Part shown: positions 1 through 13,399 of the stretch, piece after piece
Layout of the letters: every line of letters starts with the position of its first letter
Numbering within the stretch: position 1 is the first letter of the stretch
NCBI RefSeq assembly: GCF_018350175.1
Contig: NC_058368.1
Span: 39,930,001-39,994,000 of the forward strand
DNA length: 64,000 nucleotides
Reading direction: 5' to 3'
Source of the DNA: Felis catus
Taxonomy: Eukaryota
The notes under the pieces: generated by a model
What the model saw: the letters and a program-made list of their open reading frames with translations, nothing else
Told to the model about the DNA's origin: nothing
Database searches by the model: none
Translations under genes and position numbers: made by a program

Positions 1-649
1 AAATCCAGTAAATAGTTCTGTAGAAATCCCCATTAAAGAAAATGTTTAGAATATTTGTAGTTAGAAGACACTGATTAAACTTAAGACCACTTTCACTTGA
101 CAAAGTTGGTGGAAGGCATCAGAAAGAAGCACAGTTTAATTTGTGATTAACCATGGACCATACTTTTTTCTCTTTCTTATTGTTTGCCCTCTCTAGACTC
201 ATTTCATTTTTCATTAACGTTTGTACCAAGGAACGTGACTGGAAGAGACAAGAAATGAAATTCACATTATCAATTAAGCCACTAATTTGTGCTCTTTTAT
301 AAGATCAGGTGGAGAAAATACTGACATTCTTGTTTCAGCTAATAGCACCATTTGAACTATGCTTTTTCTGTATTTGTGCTGCTCTGATAGCAAGGCATTT
401 TGGACTGAGAAATTTGTAGAGTAAATGTGTCCACTGCTGTAGATATTTTTTTACTTTGTGAGATACAATCAGTTTCATTATTTAAAAACATTATTATTTA
501 TGATGTTATTAATATTTATTTTTCAATGTGATAGATCTAGTGTTTATATGATGATGTCTCATAGACAGTAAATCTTATCAACAGATCTAATTTCCACTTG
601 ACAATCTGAATATCCCCTTTAAAGCTATATTTTGTTTTTAGCATTAGGA

Positions 650-861
650 TTTTTTTTTCAACGTTTATTTATTTTTCGGACAGAGAGAGACAGAGCATGA
701 ACGGGGGAGGGGCAGAGAGAGAGGGAGACACAGAATCGGAAACAGGCTCCAGGCTCTGAGCCATCAGCCCAGAGCCTGACGCGGGGCTCGAACTCACGGA
801 CCGCGAGATCGTGACCTGGCTGAAGTCGGACGCTTAACCGACTGCGCCACCCAGGCGCCCC
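650..861 (-). mobile_element. Young felid CanSINE (SINEC_Fc-type), full length
   Basis: Minus strand reads GGGGCGCCTGGGTGGCGCAGTCGGTTAAGCGTCCGACTTCAGCCAGGTCACGATCTCGCGG, then a (CT)-rich body, AATAAA and an A-tail. CpGs are intact. TSD TAGCATTAGGATTTTTT at ~639 and 862. Confidence 0.97.
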
Positions 862-1214
862 TAGCATTAGGATTTTTTTATTATTTATTATGAAAAAAAG
901 ATTTAATTAACAACAGTATTTTGCAGAAGAATGGGTAGAGTTTTCATTTTATTGATTTTTAAAATGCAAATTGCTGTTTTAAAATTGTTTTTTACTTCTT
1001 TATTGAGTACAAAAAATATCACAAATATTTTCTGGACAGTAACTAAATGTTACTTATTTTTACTTTGAGATAAACTATAAAAACACATCACATCTTTTGG
1101 AACTCATAAAATATTTGTCAAGTTCTTTAATACCTACTAAACAAATGTACATATACTAAATCCAAAATTGTACATCAAAACATAATAGAAGGGACTATAC
1201 AGAACTGTACATTA

Positions 1215-1450
1215 CTCAGAGTCTTAACAGTAGGCCACCTAGATTCAAGCCTGATTCTATCACTAACTAGCCATGTGAACTTGTGCAAATTATTTAATAC
1301 TTGGCATATCAGTTGGTCCTCAGTTAAAAAGGGGTCAATGACTCTATCTCCTAAACTGTTGTAAGGACTCCATTAATTAGTACACATAACATTCCTAGAA
1401 TACTGTTTGGCCTATGGCAAATACTACATTATCATTAGTGATTATTATCA
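1215..1450 (+). mobile_element. MIR SINE relic
   Basis: MIR core-like 'cactaactagccatgtgaacttgtgcaaattatttaa...cagttaaaaagggg...gttgtaagga...tagaatactgtttggc'. Confidence 0.75.
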
Positions 1451-3658
1451 GTAGTATTGATATTATTTGTAATAGTATTATGAAATGGTTAAATCAAAGA
1501 CATTGGAATGCATGTCACCAGCTCAATTTTAATATAATATTGTTACCTTAAATCAAAAAGAAAAGGTTTGAAGCAAGAAAAGAACATAAGCACTATTTCA
1601 AAGAACAAAGTACAGAAAGATATATTTCCTACCACTGAATTGAGTTTTAGAACGCAGTAAGTACCTGATCTCCTTTTTGATTTGAAAGGAATTGCAAATG
1701 TTAGAAGATACATTATAATCTTCACTATTTCATTTGTTTAAAAATCCATTTTATTTTAATTCTGTCACGTAGAAAAATAAAACCTTAAATTCCCAAACAA
1801 GTGATTTCTTGTAAATTGAAATAATATTTAACTTCTTGAGTCTTATTCTTCCCCAAACCAAGTCACTTGTGCCTGATGAGTGAAGCTCATAAACTCGGGA
1901 CACCAGGGAACCATATATGGCATTATTCTATTGCTGCCATAGCACTTACTGCCACATTCATTGTGTAGCATACAGCCATGGGGAGAACATAGCTCATTAA
2001 TACTTTTCACACATTATACAGTGACATAGTCCAGATTATTCTTTTCTTACTTATAAGACCTCAGTGACTTCTTTCATTGAAATAAAATAATGTTCCCACT
2101 TTTAGAAATATACCTAGAATATGTCTCTAGTTTATAAAACAAAAGGCACTTTGGGGTATGCTCGCTATATGGCAAAGCTTTTTTAATTTCATGAAAAGGC
2201 ATTTCATAGATTTATAATAAAATTAACTTCTTTGAGAGTGCATCAAATCAAACACAGATTACTCTGACTTGAAAACTACCAAAATGTTTTGATCCACTAT
2301 ACTCTTGATCTCCTTTTTTCTGTTATAGTACACCCATTTTCAATTGTATGCTATGTTACAGAAATAACTTTTGAAACCAAGTATTTTAAATTTAAAAGTA
2401 ATACTATGGAGAAATAAAGAATTTGCCTTTAAGATATATATTTCTACTAGAAAAAGAGATTATCTTTGATAATTAAACTTCTCAAACATAACATTATATA
2501 TCCGATAATAAATAACAGAAAACTGTTCTTAATTTTGCCCAAATAAGTGATTTTGTATAAGAAATTTCTTAGAAATAATTGTTAACAGTAAGTGGAAAAA
2601 AATAAATGTATGTGGTACTGGAGTAGTAATCACTACTCCACACATTATACAGTTTTGGAAAATTTAATTCTTTCATCACTATCATTTAGTGATGCAGGGA
2701 ACAAACACCATTAAATTTTTTAAAATGATTTTAAATGCATAAACTCTTTGGACAAAGAGTGCAATAATACAAGTATAATATTATCAGTAAGAACTAAATT
2801 TCTTTAATGCTCAATTTCACCTACCAATATTGCTAAAAATACAACAAAATACTGAAGCACCAAAGGTTATTAAAGGTTTTCATTGAAAGTAAATCAAAAT
2901 AGAAAACCTTGTTTGGCTTAACACATTAATGAATATTTTGGTTTGCAAAAATGGGCCCTAAGCCTAGTATGAAATAAAGAATATAAAGAATGAAATTGCC
3001 TTAGACAATGAATAGTACTGTGTTTCCCAAAAGAGGTGGGCTTGAAAAATAAAGGGTCAGAGAACGATTACCAGACATCCAAGCATACAGCCCCTATGTG
3101 ATAAGGTCTAAGAAGCAAGGGGTTGAAAAAAGCTTAGGAACATGGATGTCAAATATTTTATATTTAGGAATCTTGGTTTACTGTATATCAAAATATCTGT
3201 TACTTCTTAAGCCTTCAGTAAAGTTGTTATTACCAACCAACTGAATATCTTGTATAAGTAGAAGTCTTGAGAAAATCAAAGAAAAGGCATGGAGTTACAC
3301 ATATTTCAAATGTTCTTCTCTGCCCCTGGCTACATTGATCTGAAGATGAATCCCTTTCCTAGCCATACATACACATATCTAGCTATAGAAGAGAAACACA
3401 GTAACAACTAGGGAAACCCAAAACAGAATAAACATAAAGCATCAGAATTTATAGAACATATGAAGAAAGTAAGCTTCCCTATAAATAGAAAAAGTGAGTA
3501 AACAGATGACAAGTATTATTTTTTGTTGTCGTTATTTTTGTCATTGTTGTTTAAATGTTCCTTTCTTATTTTTACATTGAAATTAAAATTGATTTGTGGT
3601 TAACAAAATATTAACCAGTCCAGTTAAAAACGATATGACATAAATGTAGGTTTCAAGA

Positions 3659-3783
3659 AAGGCGCTGGGTGGCTTAGTTATTTGAAGATTCTCTCTGTCT
3701 CCCTCGGCCCCTCCCCACTTTCACACAAGCTCTCTTTCAAGGGAAAGAGGCTCTCTCTCTCTCTCACAAAAAAAAAAAAAAAA
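3659..3783 (+). mobile_element. Internally deleted CanSINE
   Basis: SINE head ggcgctgggtggcttagtt is joined directly to the 'gaagattctctctgtctccctc...ctctctc' tail region and an A-tail. The central tRNA-derived part is missing. Confidence 0.75.
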
Positions 3784-4130
3784 TTAGGGCTGAAGAAAAA
3801 CAAAGCAGCAATAAGATATATATGTAAAAGAAAAATGAAGAACAACATGGTATATACTTTATACCCTAGGTTTGGCTGGTCACTTTATTAAGTTCTACGC
3901 TAGAGGGGCTATAAAATAACATTTAATTGCATTTAAAATCCATTGAAATTAGCCCTATAAAATTAGCAGGGTCAACCTAGGCTTCAGTTTGGCAAATTTT
4001 TATCAAGTTGGCTGTAATTTCCTTGCTTTCCTTCATTTATATACTCAGCATTCTGCTATTTTACCAGTGAACAAGAAAATTCACTGGTAAACTTCTTTTA
4101 AAATTTAAAAGAAATTTAAAGAAATTTGAC

Positions 4131-4585
4131 TGGTTAATGTCAAAATAAATAAGGAAACCTCTTTTTAAATGGAGTCAGGAAGCGCTGAAGGAGGTGCTTT
4201 CACACAGGTAACTCTCCTTTCAGCCTGTATAACTAGCAGAAAGAAGGAAGATAAGAATTAGCTTGGTAAGAGAAAACGTTTTTACATAGGAATTTCATCT
4301 CCTGCTTTTAGGAAAAGGAAGAACCCTCCCAGCCCCAGAAACAAGGTATTAACCACGAATGAGTACTAACCACAAACTAGAACTCCTGTTCTTCTCCTAA
4401 TGTTTGTTTAAAACAACCCTTCCCAATATCTTCCTAAAGCCTAATAAAATCTAACCATCTCTTTGTTCTTCGGACGTGCCTATGGTTCACCATAGTTTGC
4501 TTGTACTGATTTGCAATTTGTCTGCTATTCCCCTATAAATTCATTTTCTAGTAAACTAACTGCTATTTTATTTTTAAGGTCAACA
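4131..4585 (+). mobile_element. Solo LTR, ERV1/MER4-group-like
   Basis: TG...CA ends (tggttaatgt...aaggtcaaca), about 455 bp, 'aaatggagtc' near the 5' end, degenerate flanks ttgac/tttac. The 3' end resembles the LTR at 59685. Confidence 0.65.
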
Positions 4586-5519
4586 TTTACAATATCTGGT
4601 TTGACTTGACCTCAACATAAAATTACCGAAAAATTTCTGGTTCCTGAAGTAGAGAGATCATGTGAATAGGACCCCTTCTTGAATATTACCATAATGAAGC
4701 ATATTCTAGCCGCAGCACATCAAAACTATAGTCCTGATTTATATTATATTTATGTTGGAATGAAGCATTCTTATAGTATTACTGGTTTTGGTTGATTGCC
4801 GTGTGATTATTCTGCTTTTTGTTGTTGCCCAATATTGTAAAACCTTCCCTATGCTAATTGTTTCTGAAGTTGTGAATTGTGCATAATCATAAATGAATAA
4901 ATGAATATTTTTAGCAATAGAAGTATTACAGGCATTTCAAACAAATTTTATGGTGAATGTACAAATAATCAATTGGATACAAATGTAGATGGTTGAGAAA
5001 TTATATTTGGGCATCCTGTGGTGCAGTTAAATGAGAATTACTTTCTTGTTAGGAGGTATTTTTAGCTGGTGAGCTAAAATCCAGATTTTGCTCATATAGG
5101 CTGCATCTTCTAACTATACCCAGCTCCTCAAGTTCAAGAAGTATAGAAGCTTTATTTTGTGACTGCTTAAGAAGGGAGGCTTCTCAACATGAGGAGTAGT
5201 TGTGAGGAGAAGACAAAGTCAAGTTTTGATATGGCTTACCTCCCCACTCCAGCTTTGGTAAGGGGTTTGAATCCCATCTGTACTCATGTACACAGATGAG
5301 TACTACAAGTTGATGAAACCTTTCAAAAGATAGATAGCTTACACTAGGCACAAGTCTAGAAGGGAACATCCCTGGGGAAGAAACCGTCTCCACGAATTTC
5401 AAGTGAACCCAAGTGCTGCTCAGATATATGGTGATTTAGCACCTTTGTACATGTTTGGCAAGCACAATTTGCTTGCACATCAGCATTATCATGAAAGATG
5501 AGATGAAGACAGAAAAATT

Positions 5520-5725
5520 CCAAATCATTCTGGTGTGGACAGGTAAGAATCAGGAAAGATTCTGGTGAACGTAACTGAAGAAGTCATTCTTGAACGCATG
5601 GAAAGCTCGATCGGGACAACAAAATACTTGAGAATTTGAAGGCAATCTACAGTCCTGTAATTCATAAAGGTAGAAGACATTCCAAGAGCAGATATTTGAG
5701 TTCGATTCTGTAGGTAATATTGTTG
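5520..5725 (-). mobile_element. L2 fragment
   Basis: 'aatcaggaaagattctggtgaacgtaactgaagaagtcattcttgaa' resembles the antisense L2 3' region. Confidence 0.4.
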
Positions 5726-6559
5726 CTGTTATAAAATTGATGTGTGTATCATAAAAAAAAGAATGAGAAGTATAAAAGGGAGAACTCTTTAGATTCAGCT
5801 ATATATTTTCTCTTATTTTGCAACCTTTATGTCATGAAGCCTAATTTTATTCAAACTTCAGAGATATTTGTCATTCTTTGACTTAACTCTGACTTTAACT
5901 TAACTCTGGAAGATTAAAAGTAAAGGACACACTGAAAACGGCGTAGCATCAATGCCCACATTTTAATAAACTCTGCCTTATCTGTCAGGAGAGCTTGCAA
6001 AAGTAGCTCACTGTCATCCCCTTCCACCTTAGTTCTAAAGGGACTAAGGATGAAGCATTTATATAAGTGAGAAAAAGATTGTATAGGATACAGGATTTTA
6101 CCAGATTATACCTGTCCTATAAAGGACGGGATATAGGAACATATCACATATATAAAGGTCCTTGAAAATTCTATGTTAAAAGCAATAAACATATTATACC
6201 ATAAACAATTACCCTTTGTTTCCATCTCTTTTAAGCTACTACTACCAATAAACTGATCTCAGCTGATAGATGAAGCATATACCATGGTATCCATTCCATT
6301 TTGCCATGACTTGTTTCACCAGAGCCCAGATCTTAGTGATTCCACTCTTCTTATCCGTTTGGATATTATGCGTCTCCCCATTTCTTCCCACTGCCTCCTC
6401 TTAAACATGGCTCAAATATAAATTAATGTCTTTTATATGAGCTTATACCTTGGACAGTGATTGCTCTAAAGATGGACAGTCATAACACCTACTACTTCTG
6501 GCCAGTGTAATTTTTGGTCAATCGTCAAGGACAAGCAGAATAATTCCTGGAATTCTTAG

Positions 6560-6855
6560 ATCAGAAGATAAGGGAAGAGGCTATTTCCTGCAGGGTGCTA
6601 TAGGTGAGAGTCAGCTTATCAGCAGCCATATCCTCTGTAAGGAAGAGAAAGTCTACGTCTACTGGGACAGAAAGAGGTCTACATGAACAGAAAAGCAGAG
6701 AATAGAAAAACCAGAGTCACTCTGCCCCTATTTCTAGTTTTGTCTGATGCCAGCCTCAATTCTGTCATTTTTAGAGCTTAGACACACAAACAAATACATA
6801 TTCTTTTCTTGCTTAGGTTAGTTCAAGTTGGATTTCTGTCACTTGAAGAAATCAC
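6560..6855 (+). mobile_element. MaLR LTR (MLT1J/K-like) 3' part
   Basis: Ends 'gcttaggttagttcaagttggatttctgtcacttgaa', matching the MLT1J/K terminal motif. Confidence 0.65.
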
Positions 6856-9169
6856 GTTGCAAAGATCAAAGAATGGGTTACGGCTTTTTAATGCTGCTTA
6901 GCCGATAAAGGAAGAAATCATTAAAAGGAAATACAAATTATGGTAGAAATTTGTAAGCCCCTACAGGAAAATAAAGCACATGTGAAAGTAAACTGGATAA
7001 CCGTGATAAAATTATGAAAGCATAATTTAGAAAATATTTAAAGTCTATAAAATTTTGTGATTTTCTATATATTTAATTTATTAAATTATCTCTATGATTG
7101 ATTAATACCCTTTCTATTTCATTCAGCCCACCTTTATTTGCCCTGTATTTTAAGTGTTGTAGTCAGTCTCTTTGTTTTTATCCTTTTATCCAAGGAACAG
7201 CTTTACTGAGCATATAAAAAATAATTTATACTTGATACAGAAGAGTTGAAATAAAAGAGATTTTGCAAAGCAAAGATACAATCAATGTAAACATATTGAT
7301 TTGGAAGTAAAATAAAAATAATAAAATAAGCAGAGTTTTTGAAAAATTAATATAATGAAACTGAAAGATCAAGTGAGGGCAATATTTCTCATTGATCTCC
7401 TACTACTTATGATGATATTCAAAATATCTAACTGGTAAGCTGTGCTGAGTTCTTGTAAAAGTTTTTTGTTTCCTTGTTTGTTTGTTTGTTTGTTTTTACT
7501 TTCCTTTAAATGAAGTTCTATTGTAAATGTACAATCTTCAACTGAAACATCTTGTTTCTTTTAATGTCTGATAACCACATGCTGGTCTTACACATGGTAT
7601 GTGTATGTTAGTTATGGCTATACTCTAAGCAATAGTATTTAGATTAGTAGCCCAGAAACAGAGAGAAGAGAAAATATGTAATACTGTAGAATTAAAAATA
7701 ATTATGACTGAAGATTACAAGAGCTTCTCATTTCTTCAGTGAGTTAATTTGTAATCTATCCTAGACAACTTTCATTACAATTTCAAATAAATAAAGAAAT
7801 AAAGAAAGAAATAAATAACAGAAATTCAAATAAGACTGCTGTCAAATGCCATTTCCTAAAATATTCTCAGTATTATATGCTATAGTTTGTGTCTTTTCAA
7901 TAATTTTCCTTTGATCTTAAAGCAAATGAAGTTTGTCTAATAGTTATGTAACTGTAAAGATCTTGCCAAATGTGAATAGGTATTATGAGTCACCATCTCA
8001 GTTTTTTGGCAGTGAATAAACAGTGTTTCTGGATTCTTTTCATGCAGTTCCCTCATGTCTTGATGCCCTTTCAATGTCTCACATTACTGCCAAAGCTGTT
8101 ACACTCTTCCTCTTACTTCCTTTTAGAGAAATTTTGGTAACTAAATCCAATAAGGAAAGTAAGTAGAAGTTTTATCATACCCATGTTAAGTCATTATTAT
8201 ATATCATCACCTCCATAAATCATATTAAATAATGTGGTTTGAAAAACCATACTGACATTTTAGTAGCACTGAAAATCAGGTGTTGGAGTTAGTAACTACT
8301 AAGTCAATACTTAGAGTCAACAAGCCTAAGATTGGGTATGACACCCTCACTGGTTTGAATACTAGTTCTGCACACAAGAGCTTTCTTATATACCAATGTG
8401 ATACATAAAAGGAACATGCCAAAGTTTAGTTTTCCCATGGTATATTTTTAATACTGATTATTTACAAGAAAACTTTTACATCAATCTTATTTTTCTAATT
8501 AAAAAAATCAAGAGTGAACAAAAAGCAAAACATAGAAATGAGATATGAAATATTGCATATGAAGATTTTTATGCAGGTATTTTCATACAGAGCCATTTAA
8601 AGCCATCAGCTATTTAGACTCATTTAGGTTATTAAACTGACACAAAAACAGGCATTGAACATACAAAGGAAATCAGAGAGATGCATAAATTAAAGTAATA
8701 TAAGCTTTTATATAAAATATAAGAATGTTTGTATTCCTTCTTTTTTCTGCATGATATGCACAACTTTTACTTGATCTGAAAATCACTTGTGCCTGCAAAC
8801 CATTTACCAATATAGTAGGTGATAAAGTTGGGTATTTCTTTTCATTTTCTCTTTGATATTTTTCTATAATTAATCTCTAAAATGTGTACATTAATATTTC
8901 ATTATGCAATGTATTAAAATTTGATCACTATCTCCTACTTTTTCAGAAAACATTACTTTTTTAGAACATAATACTCAAAAAAATTACTTTTTTAGAACAG
9001 AATAATCAAGAATCTAGTCACTAATATAGAAAAACAGGGAGAAGATTACCTTATATACATAGACCTAACATGACGGCCAGGGAAAATAATTTTAAATAAT
9101 TTTTTATGATAAATTTGGTCAAAATTGTAATAATGCTAATGATATAATAATTGTCTCCTCTTGAATCCC

Positions 9170-9375
9170 TTTTTAGTGGGCCAGGCAATATGTTAAACAT
9201 TTCATATATATTATCTTTTAAATCTCTTTAAATCTTTCTGTGTTATTGTAGTGTTACTCCCTTTTTCAACATAAGTAAACTGCTATCAAGCTTCAGTGCT
9301 CAGAGGCTCCATAGCTAGTAAGTAGCAAACTCAAGAATTAAGCTCAGATGCATGTGATTCCAAAGCTCACGTCCT
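9170..9375 (-). mobile_element. MIR relic
   Basis: 'gccaggcaatatgttaaacatttcatat...aagtaaactg...gctagtaagtagcaaactcaagaattaagctcaga' is antisense MIR-like. Confidence 0.65.
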
Positions 9376-9632
9376 TCATGACCTCCTTGTGTTATTCTCA
9401 ATATAATCTATTATCATGATGCTAATCATTATTGTGTTACAGAGAACTAGTTCTTGTAGGAAATTCTCTGGCTAAATAGCAAGACACTAATTAAAGGGAG
9501 ATTTATGATAGCAGGAAGAATTCTCAAAGGGAATACTAGTCAGCTAGCCAGACTTTCTGATTTAAAAAATATTAATTCTATGTTCCTATGACACCAAGCA
9601 TACTTCTTTTCTGATTTATTCAATACTTTTTA

Positions 9633-10052
9633 CTTTTTTTATTTTCCAAATTTTTGTTTAAATTCTAGCTAGTTAATATATCATGTAACATTGGTTTGAG
9701 AAGTAGAATTTAGTGATTCATCACTTAACATATAACACCCAGGGCTCATCACAAGTGCCTTCCTTAATACCCATCAAACATTTAGCCCATCCCCTGCCCA
9801 CCTCCCCTCCATCAACCCTCAGTTTGTTCTTTATGGTTAAGAGTCTCTCATAATTTGCTTTCCTCTCTTTTTTTCCTCTTCTTCTATGTCCATCTGTTTT
9901 GTTTCTTAAATTCCACATATGAGTGAAATCAAATGGTATTTTTCTTTCTCTGACTGACTTATTTCACTTAGCATAATACACTTGTTCAATTCACGTGGTT
10001 GCAAATGACAAGATTTCACACTTCTTGATGTCTGAGTAATATTCTATTAGAT

Positions 10053-10095
<43 letters not shown>

Positions 10096-11603
10096 GATAG
10101 ATTATAGATAGGTAGAATTCCAACTCAGTCTATGGAAATTTGGGCTCTTTTCATAATAGGGCCATTGTTGGTAATGCTACTATAAACATCAGGGTGCATT
10201 TTGAATCTGTATTATTGTATCCTTTGGGTAAATACCTAGTGGTGCAATTGCTGGGTCATAGGGTAGTTCTATTTTTAACTTTTTGAGAAACTTCCATACC
10301 ATTTTCTAGAGTGGCTTCACCAGTTTACATTCCCACCAAAGTGCAGAAGTGTTCCCCTTTCTCTGCATGCTCACCAACATTTGTTTTTTACCGTGTTGTT
10401 AATTTTAGCCATTCTGATGGGTATGAGGTAGTATCTAATCGTGGTTTTGATTTGTTTTTCCCTGATTACAAGTGATGTTGAGCATCTTTTTATATGTCTG
10501 TTGTCTATGAGTCTTTTCCAAAGACATTTTCTTCGGAAAAATGTCTATTCATGTCTTCTATTTCTTAACTGGATTATTTAGGTTTTGGGTGTTTAATTTG
10601 GTAAGTTATTTGTAGATTTTGAATACCGACCTTTTTATCAGATATGTCGTTTGCATACATCTTCTGTGATTTCATAGGCTGCCTGTTAGTTTCCTTGATT
10701 GTTTCATTGTGCAAAAGCTTTTTATCTTGATGAAGTTCCAATAGTTCATTTTTGCTTTTGTTTCCCTGGCCTCTGACAACATGTCTAGTAAGAAGTTGCT
10801 ATGACTGAGGTCAAAGAGATTGCTACCTGTATTCTCCTCTAGGATTTTGATGGCTTCAGATCTCACATTAAGGGTTTTCATCCATTCTGAATTTATTTTT
10901 GAATTATTTAAAAATGTGGTCCAGTTTCATTCTTCTGCATGTTGCTGTCAGTTTTCCCAACACCATTTGTTAAAGAGACTGTCTTTATTCCGTTGGATAT
11001 TCTTTCCTGCTTTCTCGAAATTTAGTTTACCACACAGTTTTGGGTCCATTTCTGGGTTTTCTATTCTGTTCCATTGATCTATAGGTCTGTTCTTGTGCCA
11101 GTATCATACTGTCTTGATAACTACAGCTTTGTAATATAGCTTGAAGTCTGGAATTGTGATGCCTCCAGCTTTGGGTTTCTTTTCCAAGACTTCTTTGGCT
11201 CTTCAGGGTCTTTTGTGGTTCCATACAAATTTTAGGATTGTTTGTTCTAGCTCTGTGAAAAATGCTGGTGGTATTTTGATAGGGATTGCATTAAATGTGT
11301 AGATTGATTTAGGTTGTATAGACATTTTAACAATTTTTCTTCTAATCCATAAACATGGAATGGTTTTCTATTTCTTTGTGTCCTCTTTAATTTCTTTTAT
11401 AAGTGTTCTATAGTTTCCAGTATACAGATCTTTTACCTCTTTAGTTACTTTTATTCCTAGGTATCTTATGGTTTTTTGATGTGATTGTAAATGAGATCGA
11501 GTCCTTGATTTCTCCTTCTGCTTCTTCATAGTCAATGTATAGAAATGCAACATATTTCTGTCCATTGATTTTATATCCTGTGACTTTCCTGTATTAGTAT
11601 ACC
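9633..11603 (-). mobile_element. 5'-truncated carnivore L1 (ORF2 C-terminal part plus 3'UTR), decayed
   Basis: ORF fragments MKTLNVRSEAIKILEENTGSNLFDL... and [33 protein letters not shown] are L1 ORF2-like. T-rich tail at 9633. Perfect 16-bp TSD TATTCAATACTTTTTA at 9617-9632 and 11604-11619. Confidence 0.95.
10048..10112. repeat. (GATA)n microsatellite inside L1
   Basis: Direct reading: gatagatagataga... Confidence 0.95.
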
Positions 11604-13399
11604 TATTCAATACTTTTTAATTCCCACTTTGGCACACTCTTTTCTTTCAGCTTCCACCAGTATAAAAAGAATACTTGAGAACTCCAACTACCAATGCCTA
11701 TGTTTGTATGAGCATGGTGCCATAGTCAGTTAAAAATGCTTACTATGATCATGATCTGGGTAAATTATATGCCCAAGACACTATTGAGTTCATGAGATCA
11801 ATCTGTAAACTGCATTATAGACAGTTGTTATAGAGATTACACCTCTAAGGAATCGAATTTACCATGCATACTGACTGAAATTTCTCCAACCTTTATCCAT
11901 TTGTCAGAATGAACTTATGTTAACATCTTCCTTTTGTCCATCACCTAACTTTAAATGATCTCAGATAAGCAAAGAGAGTGGCAGATGGTGTAGTCCAATT
12001 GCTACTCATTGAAGTAATTGTAGAGGATTGATTTCTTTATTTCCCAGCTATTTAATAGGCCAATTGTTCCATAAGTACTCAAAGTACTCAAAGAAAGTTA
12101 CTGCAAGCCTATATCTTTCTTTATAATTAGGTAATGTCAGCTTTAAATGAAGAAATTTATCTGAGTAGAAAAATACCCAGAGTTGAAGAACTGGAACTGA
12201 ATTCAAAGTAGGATAATATGACTTATTTTCTTATCAATTTTAATTACTTCTTTTATTTATTTATTAGAATAAGTACCAATATTCTAACTTAAAAATAATC
12301 TTCACATCAACAAAGTTATGGAATAACCACAAATTACCAAATGGAATATTCATTGATTTTAGTTTGATGTCATTTATTATTACTCAATTAACAAGTGCAA
12401 TTTATTGTATTACTCTACACCATAGATAATTAACAGATAATATACCTTCATAAGAAAGTTTTCTTTCTGCTAGCTTGAATGTTTAACTACTCCAGCCATA
12501 GACAGACTTCTGACTCACTGGGCTGCAAAACCAGCCAAGAGAAATAAGAGCCTTTCTGCCAATAGGCTACTGGCACACTTTTTTTTTTATCTTTAAAAGG
12601 CTACTGGCATACTTCTCTGCCATTTGGGTGACTCCACAGGGGGACCTGTCTCCACTCAGATGCAGGTCATACCCTCCCAAACAGGCTGAAAAAAGCCCTT
12701 GCCAAGAACCACCGTGACCCCTTATCAGTCAGTAAGACTTCATTCTTTGATGCCAATAGCCTTTAGGGCTTTAAGGTGGCTCTACCTAGGGTCTTCCTGA
12801 CTCTCCATCTGATTTCTTGTCTTCCTTCAATGAATGCTTGCCTACTGAGACATTTGATTTCTTAGCAAGCCCTTGGGCAAATCTTTCAGAGCCTCAGTGT
12901 TATTTTCAGGTTTCTCTCTACTAAACCTGCTTAAATATCTTGTCTCTGTCTATTAGTCATGTCTAGAAGTCCAAACCCACTTCACCCCAGTCCCCAGTTC
13001 CATCTGTTACTACTTACGTATCTACTGTGATGTCTCTCATTTTCTGATCTACTGTAACTTATTACTCCATCTTTCTCCTTATTCCAATTTTTTCCACTGA
13101 GCTTTGTATCTCCTAGTCCACAATCTGGAAATTCTCTTGTGGTACTCACAATCTTCTGACAAGTTTCTTCTTTCTACCTGCCTCTTAATTAAACCCTTGC
13201 TGCACCCTGACAACCTCAAATCTGGAAAGCTCATAATCTTCACACATAAGCGTCAAAATATTGGCTTCACGTCTTGCTTGATCTTCAATACCATTTTAGA
13301 TCTTTCCTTAACTTTAATCATTTGAAAACCCATGCTACCTTGGAGCTCAGGTAACTTTATTGTGCAACCTTTTCTCTATCCTACTGTATTCTAAAAAGG

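Noticed and set aside
658..867. 'MLGAPGWRSRLSVRLQ...' ORF and similar ORFs at 32483, 35527, 36182, 41463, 48373, 49038 and 62065
   Set aside because: Read-through of CanSINE sequence.
2619..2640. 9-bp stem hairpin TGGAGTAGT-aatc-ACTACTCCA
   Set aside because: A stem this short is expected by chance in 64 kb.
5490..5548. Plus-strand ATG...CAG|GTAAGA mini-exon
   Set aside because: It abuts a probable L2 relic, has no promoter or CpG context, and is likely a chance donor.
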